A DNA stretch of 64,000 nucleotides, from positions 1,312,001 through 1,376,000 of the forward strand of contig CBDDCX010000008.1 in NCBI GenBank assembly GCA_965226375.1, given 5' to 3'. A program made the translations under genes and the position numbers. Below, in pieces: positions 28,175 through 37,891 of the stretch. The notes beneath the pieces are model-generated. The model ran no database searches, was not told the DNA's origin, and worked only from the letters and a program-made list of their open reading frames with translations. The stretch is from Longimicrobiales bacterium (GTDB lineage Bacteria; Gemmatimonadota; Gemmatimonadetes; Longimicrobiales; Gaopeijiaceae). The first letter of the stretch is position 1; each line of letters begins with the position of its first letter.

Positions 28175-30781
28175 CTATTCTTGCCCCGCGCGTCCCTCGT
28201 GAAACAGAGCAAGAACGTGGGCGACCTCGCTCCAGGGCCCCTTGGTCAGGGGAGCCGGCGGAAGCGAGTCTCTGAGGTAGACGCCGTAGCGCTTCCGCAG
28301 AATGCGATCGTCCAGGATCACCACACTGCCGCGATCGTCATGAGAGCGCACGAGCCGTCCGAAGCCCTGCTTCAGCCGGAGGGCCGCCAGAGGTAGTACG
28401 AAGTCCCAGAACGCGTTTCCGCCGCGCTTCTCGATGGCCTCCACCCGAGCCGCGATGACCGGTTCGGTGGGCACCCGGAAGGGGAGACGCTGGATCACGA
28501 GGCCCCTCAACGGGCGACCCGGCACGTCGACCCCCTCCCAAAAGGAGGCCGTTCCAAGAAGGATGCCGGATCCGGAGGCCGTAAAGTCCTGAAGGAGGCG
28601 CGCGCGCCCATCCTCACCTTGAACGAAAAGCGGCCATGGCAGGCCGCCGTCCGCTCGCATCAGCTGCGCCACCCTTCGCAAAGCCCGATACGATGTAAAC
28701 AGGACGAATAGGCCTCCGTCGGAGATACCTGCCATGTCACGCACGACACGTGCAGTGGCCTCGTCGAGCGCATCTCCTGAGGCATTCACATCCGGAAGAT
28801 CCGTCGGAACGCCGAGTATGGTTTGACGTTCGAAGTCAAAGGGCGACAATATTATAGATTCCACCACCTCTTCTATTACATCGGATCGGTCCACCTCCTC
28901 CACTGCCAACCCGACGCGACTCCGTAGGAAGTCGAAAGAGCCTCGCGTGGCCAACGTGGCCGAGGAGAGGATCACCGTGTCGGTCTTCTCGAACAGCCCC
29001 TCCCTGAGCATGCCCCCCAACTCGATGGGAGCAGACGCGATCACCAGATTCCGCCTGCCCTTGCGAGGAGGCCCCTTCCACTCCAGCCACCGGACGAAAC
29101 GCTCCTCTCCCTCTTCGGGATCCAAAACGGTACGCAGAGCAGTCACCGCCCCACCCAGTCGGCGCTCCGCGCTCTGGAGGTCCAAAACCCGCCCTTCGAG
29201 CCCTTCGGACAAGGTTTCGTCACGATCGAGGGTCTCTCTGACGTTGCGCACCTCGGCCTCCAAGGTTCGAAACGCGACAACCAGTCCGTCCAAGCGCTCC
29301 CGAACCGCAGGACGTGCCACCGGCTCCGGGAAGTCCACGGTGCCGATGCGTGCTGCCCCCACGGCGTCGGTCGGCAACAGGGGCTCCATGGTGTCGAGAA
29401 AGAGCGTGAGCTGGGCCCTGGCCTCGTCCACGGCTGGTCGCACACGTTCTTCGATACGACTTCTCAACTCGGTTGCGGCCGTCATGCCACCACCGCCCGA
29501 AAGCGCGTCCTGCACTGCCGCCAGGACACCCCGTCCTCTTCGGTCCAGGCGGGCCAGGATCCGGAACATGCCCAGGCGGGACGCCTCGAGGCCCAGGTGA
29601 GACGTCGCAGCGTCTTCGATGTTGTGCGCCTCGTCGAGAATCAGGTGTCGGTAGGCGGGAAGTACGGCCGACCCCGAATAGTTTTGCGTAGCCAGCCGGA
29701 CCGACAGATCCGTAAAGAGCAGGTGGTGGTTCGCGATCAGAATACGAGCCGCCGCCGCCTTGCGTCGCGAGCGTTGGTAGAAACAGGCCTGGAAGTGCGG
29801 ACAGCGCGTACGAAGGCAGATGTCGGGATCGCTCCTCACCTCATCCCAGATGTCATCGCTGGGCACGAACGTCAGATCGGCGAGAGAGCCGTCTTCTGTG
29901 CCATCGATCCAATCCAGGAGCGCGTCGAGCTCGTCCGCCCGGTCGTCCTCGAACAAGAGGGGGGCCGTCTCCGACGCCAATCGCGCCCGACGGATGGAGA
30001 TATAGTTGCCACGCCCCTTCACGAGGGCCCAGTCGACGTCATCACCAAGAAGCCTCCGCACTAGCGGCAGATCCTTACTGTGGAGTTGCTCCTGCAGGTT
30101 GATGGTATTGGTGGAGATGACCGTCCGCTCACCGTTCTGCAGCGCCCAGGCCGCCGCAGGCATGAGGTACGCAAGCGATTTACCAGTTCCGGTGCCGGCC
30201 TCGACGATGGCCACCCCACCCTCGTTGAAACGTTCTGCGACCAGTCGTAGCATGGTTCGTTGCCCAGGCCGGTTCTCGTAACGCGGATGGTGCTCCACCA
30301 AGGGGCCGTCAGGGCCGATCAACGCATCCAGCCCCTCCACGTCGAGAGGCTCGATGTGACGTGGGGCCGGAGGCTCGACGACCACGTAGAGTCGCCCCCC
30401 GGCGTTGTCCGTGATGGCGGACCCGAGGCCCTCCTCGTACAGCCGCGCGGCCACACCCAAGTCGGCGTCCGAGGGCTCCAGCACGCCCGAGGGGTGATTG
30501 TGAATCACGACGCCCCCCTCCTCCGCTCCGCGAGCCGCAACCAGGACCGCGGCTTTGTTCCCCCGCGCGACGGCCCGAGGCTCGATCAGCTCTCTGGCCT
30601 CGTTGACCTGTGCAAGGAAGCACACTTCACGGCCGCCGGCCTTTTCGATTTCTGCACGGATGGTCTCGGTGGCACTCGCGGAGAGGCGAAGGTCCGACGT
30701 TGATCCGGGCGGCTCAGGAAGGCCGGGACCGTGCGTGATCCCATCGGCGGAAACCGGGGAGAGCTCCTGGTCAGGATTCAC
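28175..30781 (-). CDS. dinG: DinG/YoaA-family SF2 helicase with N-terminal JAB/MPN (RadC-like) domain
   Basis: N-terminal EV...HNHPSGVLEPSDAD; Walker A EAGTGTGKS, ISTNTINLQEQL, DEAH, SATL, SFWEGVDVPG, QGFGRLVRS..DRG. Confidence 0.9.
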   Translation of the reverse strand: MNPDQELSPVSADGITHGPGLPEPPGSTSDLRLSASATETIRAEIEKAGGREVCFLAQVNEARELIEPRAVARGNKAAVLVAARGAEEGGVVIHNHPSGVLEPSDADLGVAARLYEEGLGSAITDNAGGRLYVVVEPPAPRHIEPLDVEGLDALIGPDGPLVEHHPRYENRPGQRTMLRLVAERFNEGGVAIVEAGTGTGKSLAYLMPAAAWALQNGERTVISTNTINLQEQLHSKDLPLVRRLLGDDVDWALVKGRGNYISIRRARLASETAPLLFEDDRADELDALLDWIDGTEDGSLADLTFVPSDDIWDEVRSDPDICLRTRCPHFQACFYQRSRRKAAAARILIANHHLLFTDLSVRLATQNYSGSAVLPAYRHLILDEAHNIEDAATSHLGLEASRLGMFRILARLDRRGRGVLAAVQDALSGGGGMTAATELRSRIEERVRPAVDEARAQLTLFLDTMEPLLPTDAVGAARIGTVDFPEPVARPAVRERLDGLVVAFRTLEAEVRNVRETLDRDETLSEGLEGRVLDLQSAERRLGGAVTALRTVLDPEEGEERFVRWLEWKGPPRKGRRNLVIASAPIELGGMLREGLFEKTDTVILSSATLATRGSFDFLRSRVGLAVEEVDRSDVIEEVVESIILSPFDFERQTILGVPTDLPDVNASGDALDEATARVVRDMAGISDGGLFVLFTSYRALRRVAQLMRADGGLPWPLFVQGEDGRARLLQDFTASGSGILLGTASFWEGVDVPGRPLRGLVIQRLPFRVPTEPVIAARVEAIEKRGGNAFWDFVLPLAALRLKQGFGRLVRSHDDRGSVVILDDRILRKRYGVYLRDSLPPAPLTKGPWSEVAHVLALFHEGRAGQE

Positions 30782-30792
30782 AGGTGTGCCGC

Positions 30793-32046
30793 TCAGGTCT
30801 TGAGCTTCTTCTTCTTGGCCGCCGGGAAGAGAACGTTGTTCAGGATCAGCCGATACGAAGGCGAGTTGGGATGGAGATCCAGATCGGTGGGAGGATCGCC
30901 GATCTGATGTTCGGGATCCTCCGGGTCATGTCCGCCGAAATACGTCCACGTGCCTTCTCCGAAGTTGCCGTGGATGTACTTGGCGATTTCGCCTTCCTGT
31001 GCCAACACGATGGTCTCCGGCTTGAGACGGTCCATTCTGAACGACGTGGTCAGTCCGTAGAAGTCCGGAATGACGTCCTCGTGACTCTGCGTGAGCATTG
31101 TGGGTACCGGATCGAACTTGGCCGAGAAGTCGAAGAGGGTGAAGGCCCCGAGCTGCAGACGCCAAGGCGTGTTGACCTGATGTCCATCGATGTCGCTGAA
31201 CGCGTTCACGGAAGGTCCGACCTGAACGACCGCGTCGGTAAAGCCCATGGTTCCCGACCAGTCCATCTTTCGCGTGGCGTCGGGATCCGCGGGAGTGCCG
31301 TCGGAGTAGGCAGCGGCGATGTCCACATACTGCGCGCCGAGTGCCAACTCCAGCGTCTCCGTCGCAGAGCACATGGCGAAGAGGAACCCACCATCCTCGA
31401 CGTACTGCCGAATTTCCAGTGCAACACCCTTCTTTAGAGCCGGTACGGTCGCAAAGCCGAGTCGACGTGCCACCTCCTCGTTTCTAGCCACCTCATCCTG
31501 AAGCCAAGGAGATCCGGCGTAGGTGATGAAAAACTTTGAGTACTGGCCAGTGAAGTCCTCGTGGTGGAGGTGCAGCCATTCGTAATCCTCGAGCCTCTCC
31601 TCGATCACATCGTCGTCCCAAATCTTCTCGTACGGGATTTCGGCGTAATCGAGGGCCATGGTCACCGCATCGTCCCAGGGCGTGCTGTTCGGCGGGGTAT
31701 AGATGGCGACCTTGGGCGCCTTTTCCAGCACCACGGCGTCCATGTTCGAATCGATGATCACCGCGCGGATGGCCGCCACGTCCGCTCCCCCGACCGGCTC
31801 GACGGTCACGCCGCGCAGTACCGCCTGCCTCCGAACGGCGCGCGTGTCCGGGAGCAGGAAGGACCCGTCTCGGTAGTTCAAAAACCACTCGGTGCGCCCG
31901 AACTGCTCGAGCGTCCAGTATGTGAGGCCGTACGCCTTGAGATGATTCACCTGGGACCGATCCATCGGGACGAGCAGGAACTGCCCAGCCACGGGGATCG
32001 GCATGGCGATGACGGCCAGGACCGAGAGCAATCGCGATATCCTCAT
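30793..32046 (-). CDS. Secreted conserved protein of the family often labelled 'asparagine synthetase B' in FCB bacteria; class I GATase-like
   Basis: Signal peptide; LVPMD..Q.NHLKAYG, PWDDAVTMAL.YAEIPY, WLHLHHEDFTGQY, GGFLFAMCSAT, GGHDPED, YRLILNNVLFPAAKKK. No Ntn-Cys1 or ATP-PPase motif of true AsnB. Confidence 0.75.
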   Translation of the reverse strand: MRISRLLSVLAVIAMPIPVAGQFLLVPMDRSQVNHLKAYGLTYWTLEQFGRTEWFLNYRDGSFLLPDTRAVRRQAVLRGVTVEPVGGADVAAIRAVIIDSNMDAVVLEKAPKVAIYTPPNSTPWDDAVTMALDYAEIPYEKIWDDDVIEERLEDYEWLHLHHEDFTGQYSKFFITYAGSPWLQDEVARNEEVARRLGFATVPALKKGVALEIRQYVEDGGFLFAMCSATETLELALGAQYVDIAAAYSDGTPADPDATRKMDWSGTMGFTDAVVQVGPSVNAFSDIDGHQVNTPWRLQLGAFTLFDFSAKFDPVPTMLTQSHEDVIPDFYGLTTSFRMDRLKPETIVLAQEGEIAKYIHGNFGEGTWTYFGGHDPEDPEHQIGDPPTDLDLHPNSPSYRLILNNVLFPAAKKKKLKT

Positions 32047-33824
32047 GGACCTCTTCCGTCCCTCAACCTCTGGAGTTCCCGGCGGGCCATCGGTACGACC
32101 GCGTTTTCGGGCGAACTCAGAATCAATTCCTCGAGTAGTCGGACCGCTTCTTCCACCCTGTCCGACGTGGCGCCCCGGAATCGGGCCAGCTCGAGCGTGG
32201 CCTCAGGGGTCTCGGCCGCATCCGGATGATCCCGCACGATGCGAGCCCTGAACTCGGCTGCCTCGGCGACCAGCTCACCCCCGTCGGCGATCCGGGCACC
32301 GTGCGCCAGCACCGCCGGTTGGTCGGCCCTCGGAAGGCCACCGACGGCGGCCCCCACTTCGCCGACCGCGGCAGCGACACGACCCCGGTGGGCCAGTACC
32401 GCACTACGCATGACGACCACCAACGTCGCCCCCTGCTTCTCGTCCAGGAGCCCCAACAGCGAGATCACGTCGGTCGCGCCGGTAGGCGAGAGTCCGGGAA
32501 GCGCCTCGCGGAGGTTCATGCGACCCGGCACCACCTCTCCGGACGCCAGGTACAGATACCCCCTCTCCAGCAAGCTTTTCGGACCGTCGACTCCGGCCAA
32601 CAGAGATCGAGCCCCCATGCCGTCGCCCTCATCTTCGAGCCTCATGGCCAGGGTCACCGCCAACTCGTCGATCTCGCTAGCCCCGGGGAACTCGCTTCGG
32701 AAGCGGTCCAGGCGCTCCCGAGCGTCCGGCTCCCCTCTCGAAATGCGAATTCGAAGGATCTCGGCCAATGCGCGTCGACGTTCTCCACTTCCGGCCGAGA
32801 GACCCACCGCGATCGATTCTTGTGCTTCGAGGGCCGTCGCGGTGTCGCCGGCGGCCAGAGCCGCGTCGGTGATGCGATGATCCAGTGCGCGCGCCTCGTT
32901 TGCGTCGGACGCTTTTTCCTGCAACGCCTCGTACGCCCAGAGCGAGATGGTCGCCGCCCCGTCTACTTCCTCGGCCTGACGGGCCAACGCCGTCAGGAAG
33001 CCGCGGCGAGCCTGTCCTTCGAGCTCCTGGGCCACCTGGCCGGCCAACTCAAGGGCTTCGTCCACGAGCCCCGCCTCCACCGCGATCCTGGCACCGGCCC
33101 GCTGACGAGCGACCGTGGTCGGCGAACGAGATAGCTCCTCTACCAGAGGCCGGACCAACTCCGCTCGATCCTCCTCGATTTCGGTGACTCTGCGCATGAC
33201 CGGCGATACCTGTGCTCCGTCGTCCCCGATGATCCGAGCCCACTGGAGGACGGCTTCCTCTATCCTACCAAGATCCCGAAGGAGATCTCCTATTTCCATG
33301 GCGAAAAGGGACGGTTGGGCGAGGGCGTCGCGCCCATCCTCCAACACGGAGAGCGCGCGTTCAGGTCCGAAGACACGCTGGAAGACGCGGCTGACTTCCC
33401 GATAGGGCTCCGGCGATGTTCCAGACTGCTCCACCCACTCCTCGGCGGTCTGGACCAGTTGGTCCCTCTTATCCAATTCCGTGAAAACTCGGAGCAACAG
33501 GATCCTGGGGGCAGCCGCGTCAGGCTCCCGGTCCCGGTATCGAAGGGTGACGGGGAGGATCTCTTCGATGCGCCCCTGAGAGCGCAACACCCGCTCCAGC
33601 GCGAACAGGCCCCCGGTGGAGGTAGGCCTCTGCCCCATCAGGTCCTTCAGGATATGCTCAGCCTCACCGAGGTTGCCCTGTGACTCCTGGCTCGCCGAGG
33701 AACGCAGCAGCCGACCCTCCAACAGTGGATCTTCGGTCTGCGACAGCGCGACCGCGGGACCAAAGGCGGTCAGCGACAGGAGCACGGCGATAGATCGCAA
33801 CCCGATGCGCCCCGGCAGGTTCAC
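32043..33824 (-). CDS. Secreted tetratricopeptide-repeat protein
   Basis: Signal peptide; Ala/Leu/Glu/Arg-rich helical repeats; C-terminal HPDAAETPEATL..LILSSP..VPMARRELQRL. Confidence 0.7.
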   Translation of the reverse strand: MNLPGRIGLRSIAVLLSLTAFGPAVALSQTEDPLLEGRLLRSSASQESQGNLGEAEHILKDLMGQRPTSTGGLFALERVLRSQGRIEEILPVTLRYRDREPDAAAPRILLLRVFTELDKRDQLVQTAEEWVEQSGTSPEPYREVSRVFQRVFGPERALSVLEDGRDALAQPSLFAMEIGDLLRDLGRIEEAVLQWARIIGDDGAQVSPVMRRVTEIEEDRAELVRPLVEELSRSPTTVARQRAGARIAVEAGLVDEALELAGQVAQELEGQARRGFLTALARQAEEVDGAATISLWAYEALQEKASDANEARALDHRITDAALAAGDTATALEAQESIAVGLSAGSGERRRALAEILRIRISRGEPDARERLDRFRSEFPGASEIDELAVTLAMRLEDEGDGMGARSLLAGVDGPKSLLERGYLYLASGEVVPGRMNLREALPGLSPTGATDVISLLGLLDEKQGATLVVVMRSAVLAHRGRVAAAVGEVGAAVGGLPRADQPAVLAHGARIADGGELVAEAAEFRARIVRDHPDAAETPEATLELARFRGATSDRVEEAVRLLEELILSSPENAVVPMARRELQRLRDGRGP

Positions 33825-36800
33825 GGGGTCCCTCCCGGAGAGCGACGCTCTGCCTTGTTCAGGCGCTCGAAATAGTCCAGCACCATCTGCCGCTGAGCGG
33901 GAGAGAGCCGGCTCAGCGTTTCGGCCGGTGGAAGCTGGAAACGGAGCGCGCCCAGGTCGTCGGCCGAAAGAGCGCCGACGTCACCTCTCTCGAACTCGCC
34001 TGGCGCCGTCGACTCACGCTCCTCAGAGAATTCGTCCTTCTCCAGACTGCGACCGGCGTCCAGCATACGGTGGAACAGCTGCTCCTGGCGCTGGAGGGTC
34101 TCCGCATCGAGTCGGTTGCCGGCCAGACGGTCGGCCAGCTCCATGGCCTCCAGGGCCATGGCCTCCAGATCGCCGAGGGCCTCGTCCTGGGCCCCAGGTT
34201 TCTGTGCGAGATCCTGCAACTCCTCTGCCACGTCCTCCTGTCGCTCCGCCGCGTCCTGGAGTTGCTGGGCCATGGCCTGCTCACCGAGCTGCATGGGGGT
34301 CAGCTGACCCGTCTGGCTGTTGATGGATCCCTGTTGCTGAGCCAGCTGCTCCATCTGTTCCATCATTTGCTGAGCCGACTGCGACTGTCCCATCTGGCCG
34401 GCCTGCTGCGCCGCTGCCATGGCGGCGAGTGCGACCTGATTCAGGGCCCCGACAGCCTGCTCGGCCGCGTTGCGGGGCGATGGTGTGCGCCCGCGCTGAT
34501 CCTCGAGCGCCGCCAGGGTCTGCTCCATGGCCTCCATGGCCTGTCCGATCTGACCGGCGACGTCGCGATCTTCACCCTGACTCATGCGGTCCTGAGAAGA
34601 CAGGTTGTCCGCCATGTTGCGGACCCCCTGGAGGAGCGCGGCCTGGTCACCCCGCATCTTGGCCAGCTCTTCCCGGCCGGCACCCTGCATCTGGTCACGC
34701 AGGCTCGACTGCTCCCGGGCCATGGTCAGGGCGTCCGTGGCGGTCTCTTGCATCGCCTCCTGCATGGCCTGCATCATCTGCTCAGCCATCTCCTGCTGAG
34801 CCTGCTGAAGCTGCCGGGACATCTGATCCATGGACTCGGCCGCTTCTTGTGCGGACTGGGCCGCCTCTTGCGTTTGGCCCATACGAGACTGCTCCTGAGC
34901 CTCGGACATGGACTGCTGGGCCTGTTCGCCTTGCTTGGCGGCCTCCTCGACCGCGTCCCGAGCCGCATCTTCACCCGCTTCTTCGAGGCGCTCTTGGAGT
35001 CTGTCCAGGCGGTCCTGAAGATCCTCGGCCCGCTCCTCGAGCGCCTCTTGTTGATCTCCGCGTAGTTCCGGATCGTCCCCCTCGGCCATGGCATCCGCCA
35101 GGGCCTCTTCCTGTTGGGCCAATTCTTCGGCCTCGGCTGCCGTGGCTCTGAAGTCCTGCTCCAGGGCAGCGCGCTTGAACGCCTCGATGGCCTGTTCCAG
35201 CCGGTCACGGAGGGCTTCTTGGTCGGCCGCGAGCTCCTCGAGCGTCCGCTCCGCCTCGCTGGCGGTCATATCCTCGACCCGCTCAGACAGCTCCTGGAGC
35301 CGCTTCTGCATGTCTTCGGGAGCCAGCTCGTCCATCAGACGTTGCAGTTCCTGAAGCTGTCTCTGCAACTCCGGATCACCCAACCCCGCAGCCTCCATGT
35401 CTCGATCCAGCTCACCCAGCTCCATCTCCAGAGAGTCGATAGCGTTGAGCAGTGCTTCCTGGTCCTCCAGGGCCCCTCGGATGTCCTCTTGCTCCTGGAA
35501 CTCCATGCGCTCCCGAGCCTCTTCGAGCGTGCTCAGGGGGCCGCGCTCGGGCTCCGGCGGATTTTCGAGCTGGCGCTCCAGGTCCCGGGCCTCTTGAGCC
35601 TGCTCGTCCGCCCGTTCGGCGAGTTCTTCGACTCCCCTGGTCGCATCGTCCAGACGCTCCTGGGCTTCGCGTCTGAGGTCCGCCGGTGTGGGCGGCCGAA
35701 GAACATATTCGGGGGTCTCACTCACGTTGGGCGACGGGGCGTTGTCCACAGCGCGGACGAAGTAGCGTACGGTGTCGCCCGGAAGAAGCTCCCACTGGGA
35801 CAAATCCATGACTGGACGCATGAGCGTACCTCTGCTGCCACCCACCTGCATCGGGCTCACCACCGGCTCCAGGCGGTCGCCAAAGGCCGTGACCCGGTAT
35901 ACCACCAGTTCCAGGCGGTCGAGGCCGTAGTCATCCGACGCCTCGATCACCAACGGCTGGCGAAGGGACACGGACAACAGCGTGTCCTTACCCGGCAACA
36001 GAACCGCCACGTCGGGCGCCGAGTCAGGGACGATCATGAGCTGCAAAGGAGGAGGCGCTACTTCAGCCGGGTCTCCCTCTGTGTCGGTAAAGTGCCACGC
36101 ATAGACCCCGCTGGCCCGCGGTCGCCAGTTCCCCTCGAAGTCCTGACCCGACACGGCCAAGCGGACCTCCTCCTCGCCCTCGGGCCCGTCGAGTCCGGCA
36201 GAGGTGAGGGGTCGACTCGCACGGCCCTGGATGGCGAAGCGGGTTCCGGCCGGGATGTCGAGCGGCGGTATGTCGGCCCCGTACTCCTCCGAGAATCGGC
36301 CGGTGTGAGGGGGAAACGTGAGCGACACGGTCACATCACTCACCAGCAGGGGGTCGATCGGCTGAAGCTCGTAGCTCGGTGAGCGTGCTCCGTCGGGCGC
36401 TACGACCCAGTACTCGGTCCGGGCGGAAACCGTCCGAAGCACTAGTCCCGCCTGATCGCCGACGACGTCGAGCCGCTCCTGGACGGCCACGTCACCCGCC
36501 GCCTGCCAATGGACCGTAACCGACTGGCGCCCCGGCGCCGTCACGGTGAGCGGCACGTCTGAACCGCGAAGCACTTCTGCGGACCCCGGCTTGACCTCGA
36601 GCGGCGGAAGAGTGGGACCGGCAAGAAGGCCGAACGGCCGCGCGAGCCCCGACCAGGCAGCGAACGACCGCGTGGGAGACGCCACCGTCAACAGCATCAC
36701 CGCAGGGACCAGCAGAACCAGCCCCCACGTGCCACGGCGGATCCACCCCGTGGCTTCTCCAGCCAACCGTCCGGCAAGACGAGGTCTGGGACCCCTCAGA

Positions 36801-37198
36801 TCGGTCAGCGCCTCTTCTGCGGCGTGGACCGCGAGAACGGACGAAACGCCCGAAGGAATGGCCCTGGCCAGCTCCAGTGACCCCTGGAGCACCCCGGGAG
36901 CGAGGCCGGCGCTCTCTTCCATACTCGCGGTCAGATTCGGCTCCCGAAGCCAGAGCGTCCTGGCCTTGCGATACGCCAGCCAGGCGAGAAGCCCCAGCGA
37001 AACCATGGTCAGATCGATCGCCAGAGGCATGACGGTGCCTTGGCGCCAACCGTCGGGATCGGCCACCAGCCAGGCCAGGATCAGACCCCCGGTCACACCC
37101 GCGCCCAGCCACAAGCCGAGGGCAAGACGCGCTCGCTTCAAGAGATGCTCGCGCACATCTCCCACGACACGAACGATACGTACGGGAGCCGGACTCAC
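33821..37198 (-). CDS. DUF4175-like membrane-anchored protein: TM helices, Ig-like beta region, long Gln/Glu coiled coil
   Basis: Three N-terminal TMs, ASDDYGL, LLPGDTVRYFVRAVDN, long Q/E/A/M-rich coiled coil, C-terminal V.DYFERL. Confidence 0.75.
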   Translation of the reverse strand: MSPAPVRIVRVVGDVREHLLKRARLALGLWLGAGVTGGLILAWLVADPDGWRQGTVMPLAIDLTMVSLGLLAWLAYRKARTLWLREPNLTASMEESAGLAPGVLQGSLELARAIPSGVSSVLAVHAAEEALTDLRGPRPRLAGRLAGEATGWIRRGTWGLVLLVPAVMLLTVASPTRSFAAWSGLARPFGLLAGPTLPPLEVKPGSAEVLRGSDVPLTVTAPGRQSVTVHWQAAGDVAVQERLDVVGDQAGLVLRTVSARTEYWVVAPDGARSPSYELQPIDPLLVSDVTVSLTFPPHTGRFSEEYGADIPPLDIPAGTRFAIQGRASRPLTSAGLDGPEGEEEVRLAVSGQDFEGNWRPRASGVYAWHFTDTEGDPAEVAPPPLQLMIVPDSAPDVAVLLPGKDTLLSVSLRQPLVIEASDDYGLDRLELVVYRVTAFGDRLEPVVSPMQVGGSRGTLMRPVMDLSQWELLPGDTVRYFVRAVDNAPSPNVSETPEYVLRPPTPADLRREAQERLDDATRGVEELAERADEQAQEARDLERQLENPPEPERGPLSTLEEARERMEFQEQEDIRGALEDQEALLNAIDSLEMELGELDRDMEAAGLGDPELQRQLQELQRLMDELAPEDMQKRLQELSERVEDMTASEAERTLEELAADQEALRDRLEQAIEAFKRAALEQDFRATAAEAEELAQQEEALADAMAEGDDPELRGDQQEALEERAEDLQDRLDRLQERLEEAGEDAARDAVEEAAKQGEQAQQSMSEAQEQSRMGQTQEAAQSAQEAAESMDQMSRQLQQAQQEMAEQMMQAMQEAMQETATDALTMAREQSSLRDQMQGAGREELAKMRGDQAALLQGVRNMADNLSSQDRMSQGEDRDVAGQIGQAMEAMEQTLAALEDQRGRTPSPRNAAEQAVGALNQVALAAMAAAQQAGQMGQSQSAQQMMEQMEQLAQQQGSINSQTGQLTPMQLGEQAMAQQLQDAAERQEDVAEELQDLAQKPGAQDEALGDLEAMALEAMELADRLAGNRLDAETLQRQEQLFHRMLDAGRSLEKDEFSEERESTAPGEFERGDVGALSADDLGALRFQLPPAETLSRLSPAQRQMVLDYFERLNKAERRSPGGTP

Positions 37199-37860
37199 GG
37201 CACCATCTGGCTGAGGACGTAGAGATAGAGATTCACGCCCATGCGGATTGAGGCTTCACGGACGTCCTGTGCGTCTTCGTGAACATCAGGATCTTCCCAG
37301 CCATCTCCCAGATCGGACTCGTAGCTGTAAAAGACGATCAGCCTTCCTCCATGGAAGATACCGAAGGCCTGTGGCGGCTTCCCGTCGTGCTCGTGGATCT
37401 TCGGCAAGCCCTCCGGAAAGTCGTACATGACCTCGAAGACAGGGTGCCCCGCTGGAATCTCGGACAGCTCGTACTCCGGGAAGATCTCGCCGATCTCCCT
37501 GCGGAACGACTCGTCCATGCCATAGTTGTCGTCGGCGTGGAGGAATCCTCCTGACAAGAGATACTCCCGAAGAGCCACTCGTTCTTCGGCAGAAAAACGC
37601 ACGTTGCCGTGGCCCGTCATGTAGAGGTAGGGGAAGTCCTTGAGCGACGGATCAAGCGGCCGTACGGTCTCCGGCCGGCCCGCGACAGGAAGGCCGGTGC
37701 GCTCGCGGATGGCCGCGAGGAGGTTGGGTAGCGACGAAGGGTTGGCATACCAGTCCCCGCCCCCTTCGTACTGCAGTCGCGCTATGGACAGGACGGAGTC
37801 GGGCGCTACGCCCGGACCCGCAGCGGCCAGCACGCCTACCAGCAGAGCGATACTGACCAC
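37195..37860 (-). CDS. DUF4159 domain-containing secreted protein
   Basis: IARLQYEGGGDWYANPSSLPNL, PYLYMTGHGN, GGFLHADDNYG, GLPKIHEHDG, ESDLGDGWED, MGVN. Confidence 0.88.
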   Translation of the reverse strand: MVSIALLVGVLAAAGPGVAPDSVLSIARLQYEGGGDWYANPSSLPNLLAAIRERTGLPVAGRPETVRPLDPSLKDFPYLYMTGHGNVRFSAEERVALREYLLSGGFLHADDNYGMDESFRREIGEIFPEYELSEIPAGHPVFEVMYDFPEGLPKIHEHDGKPPQAFGIFHGGRLIVFYSYESDLGDGWEDPDVHEDAQDVREASIRMGVNLYLYVLSQMVP

Positions 37861-37891
37861 GAGCCTCCCAATCCGTTTTGCACCGCTCCGC

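Noticed and set aside
28175..30781. Type IV CRISPR-associated or defence-island DinG
   Set aside because: No cas/csf genes, array or other defence genes nearby; the context is a housekeeping operon.
30793..32046. True asparagine synthetase B
   Set aside because: It has a signal peptide and lacks the N-terminal Ntn Cys and the SGGLDS ATP-pyrophosphatase motif.
33900..35700. Low-complexity CTG/CTC-rich DNA suggesting a repeat element
   Set aside because: Explained by the Gln/Glu/Ala-rich coiled coil of the DUF4175-like protein.
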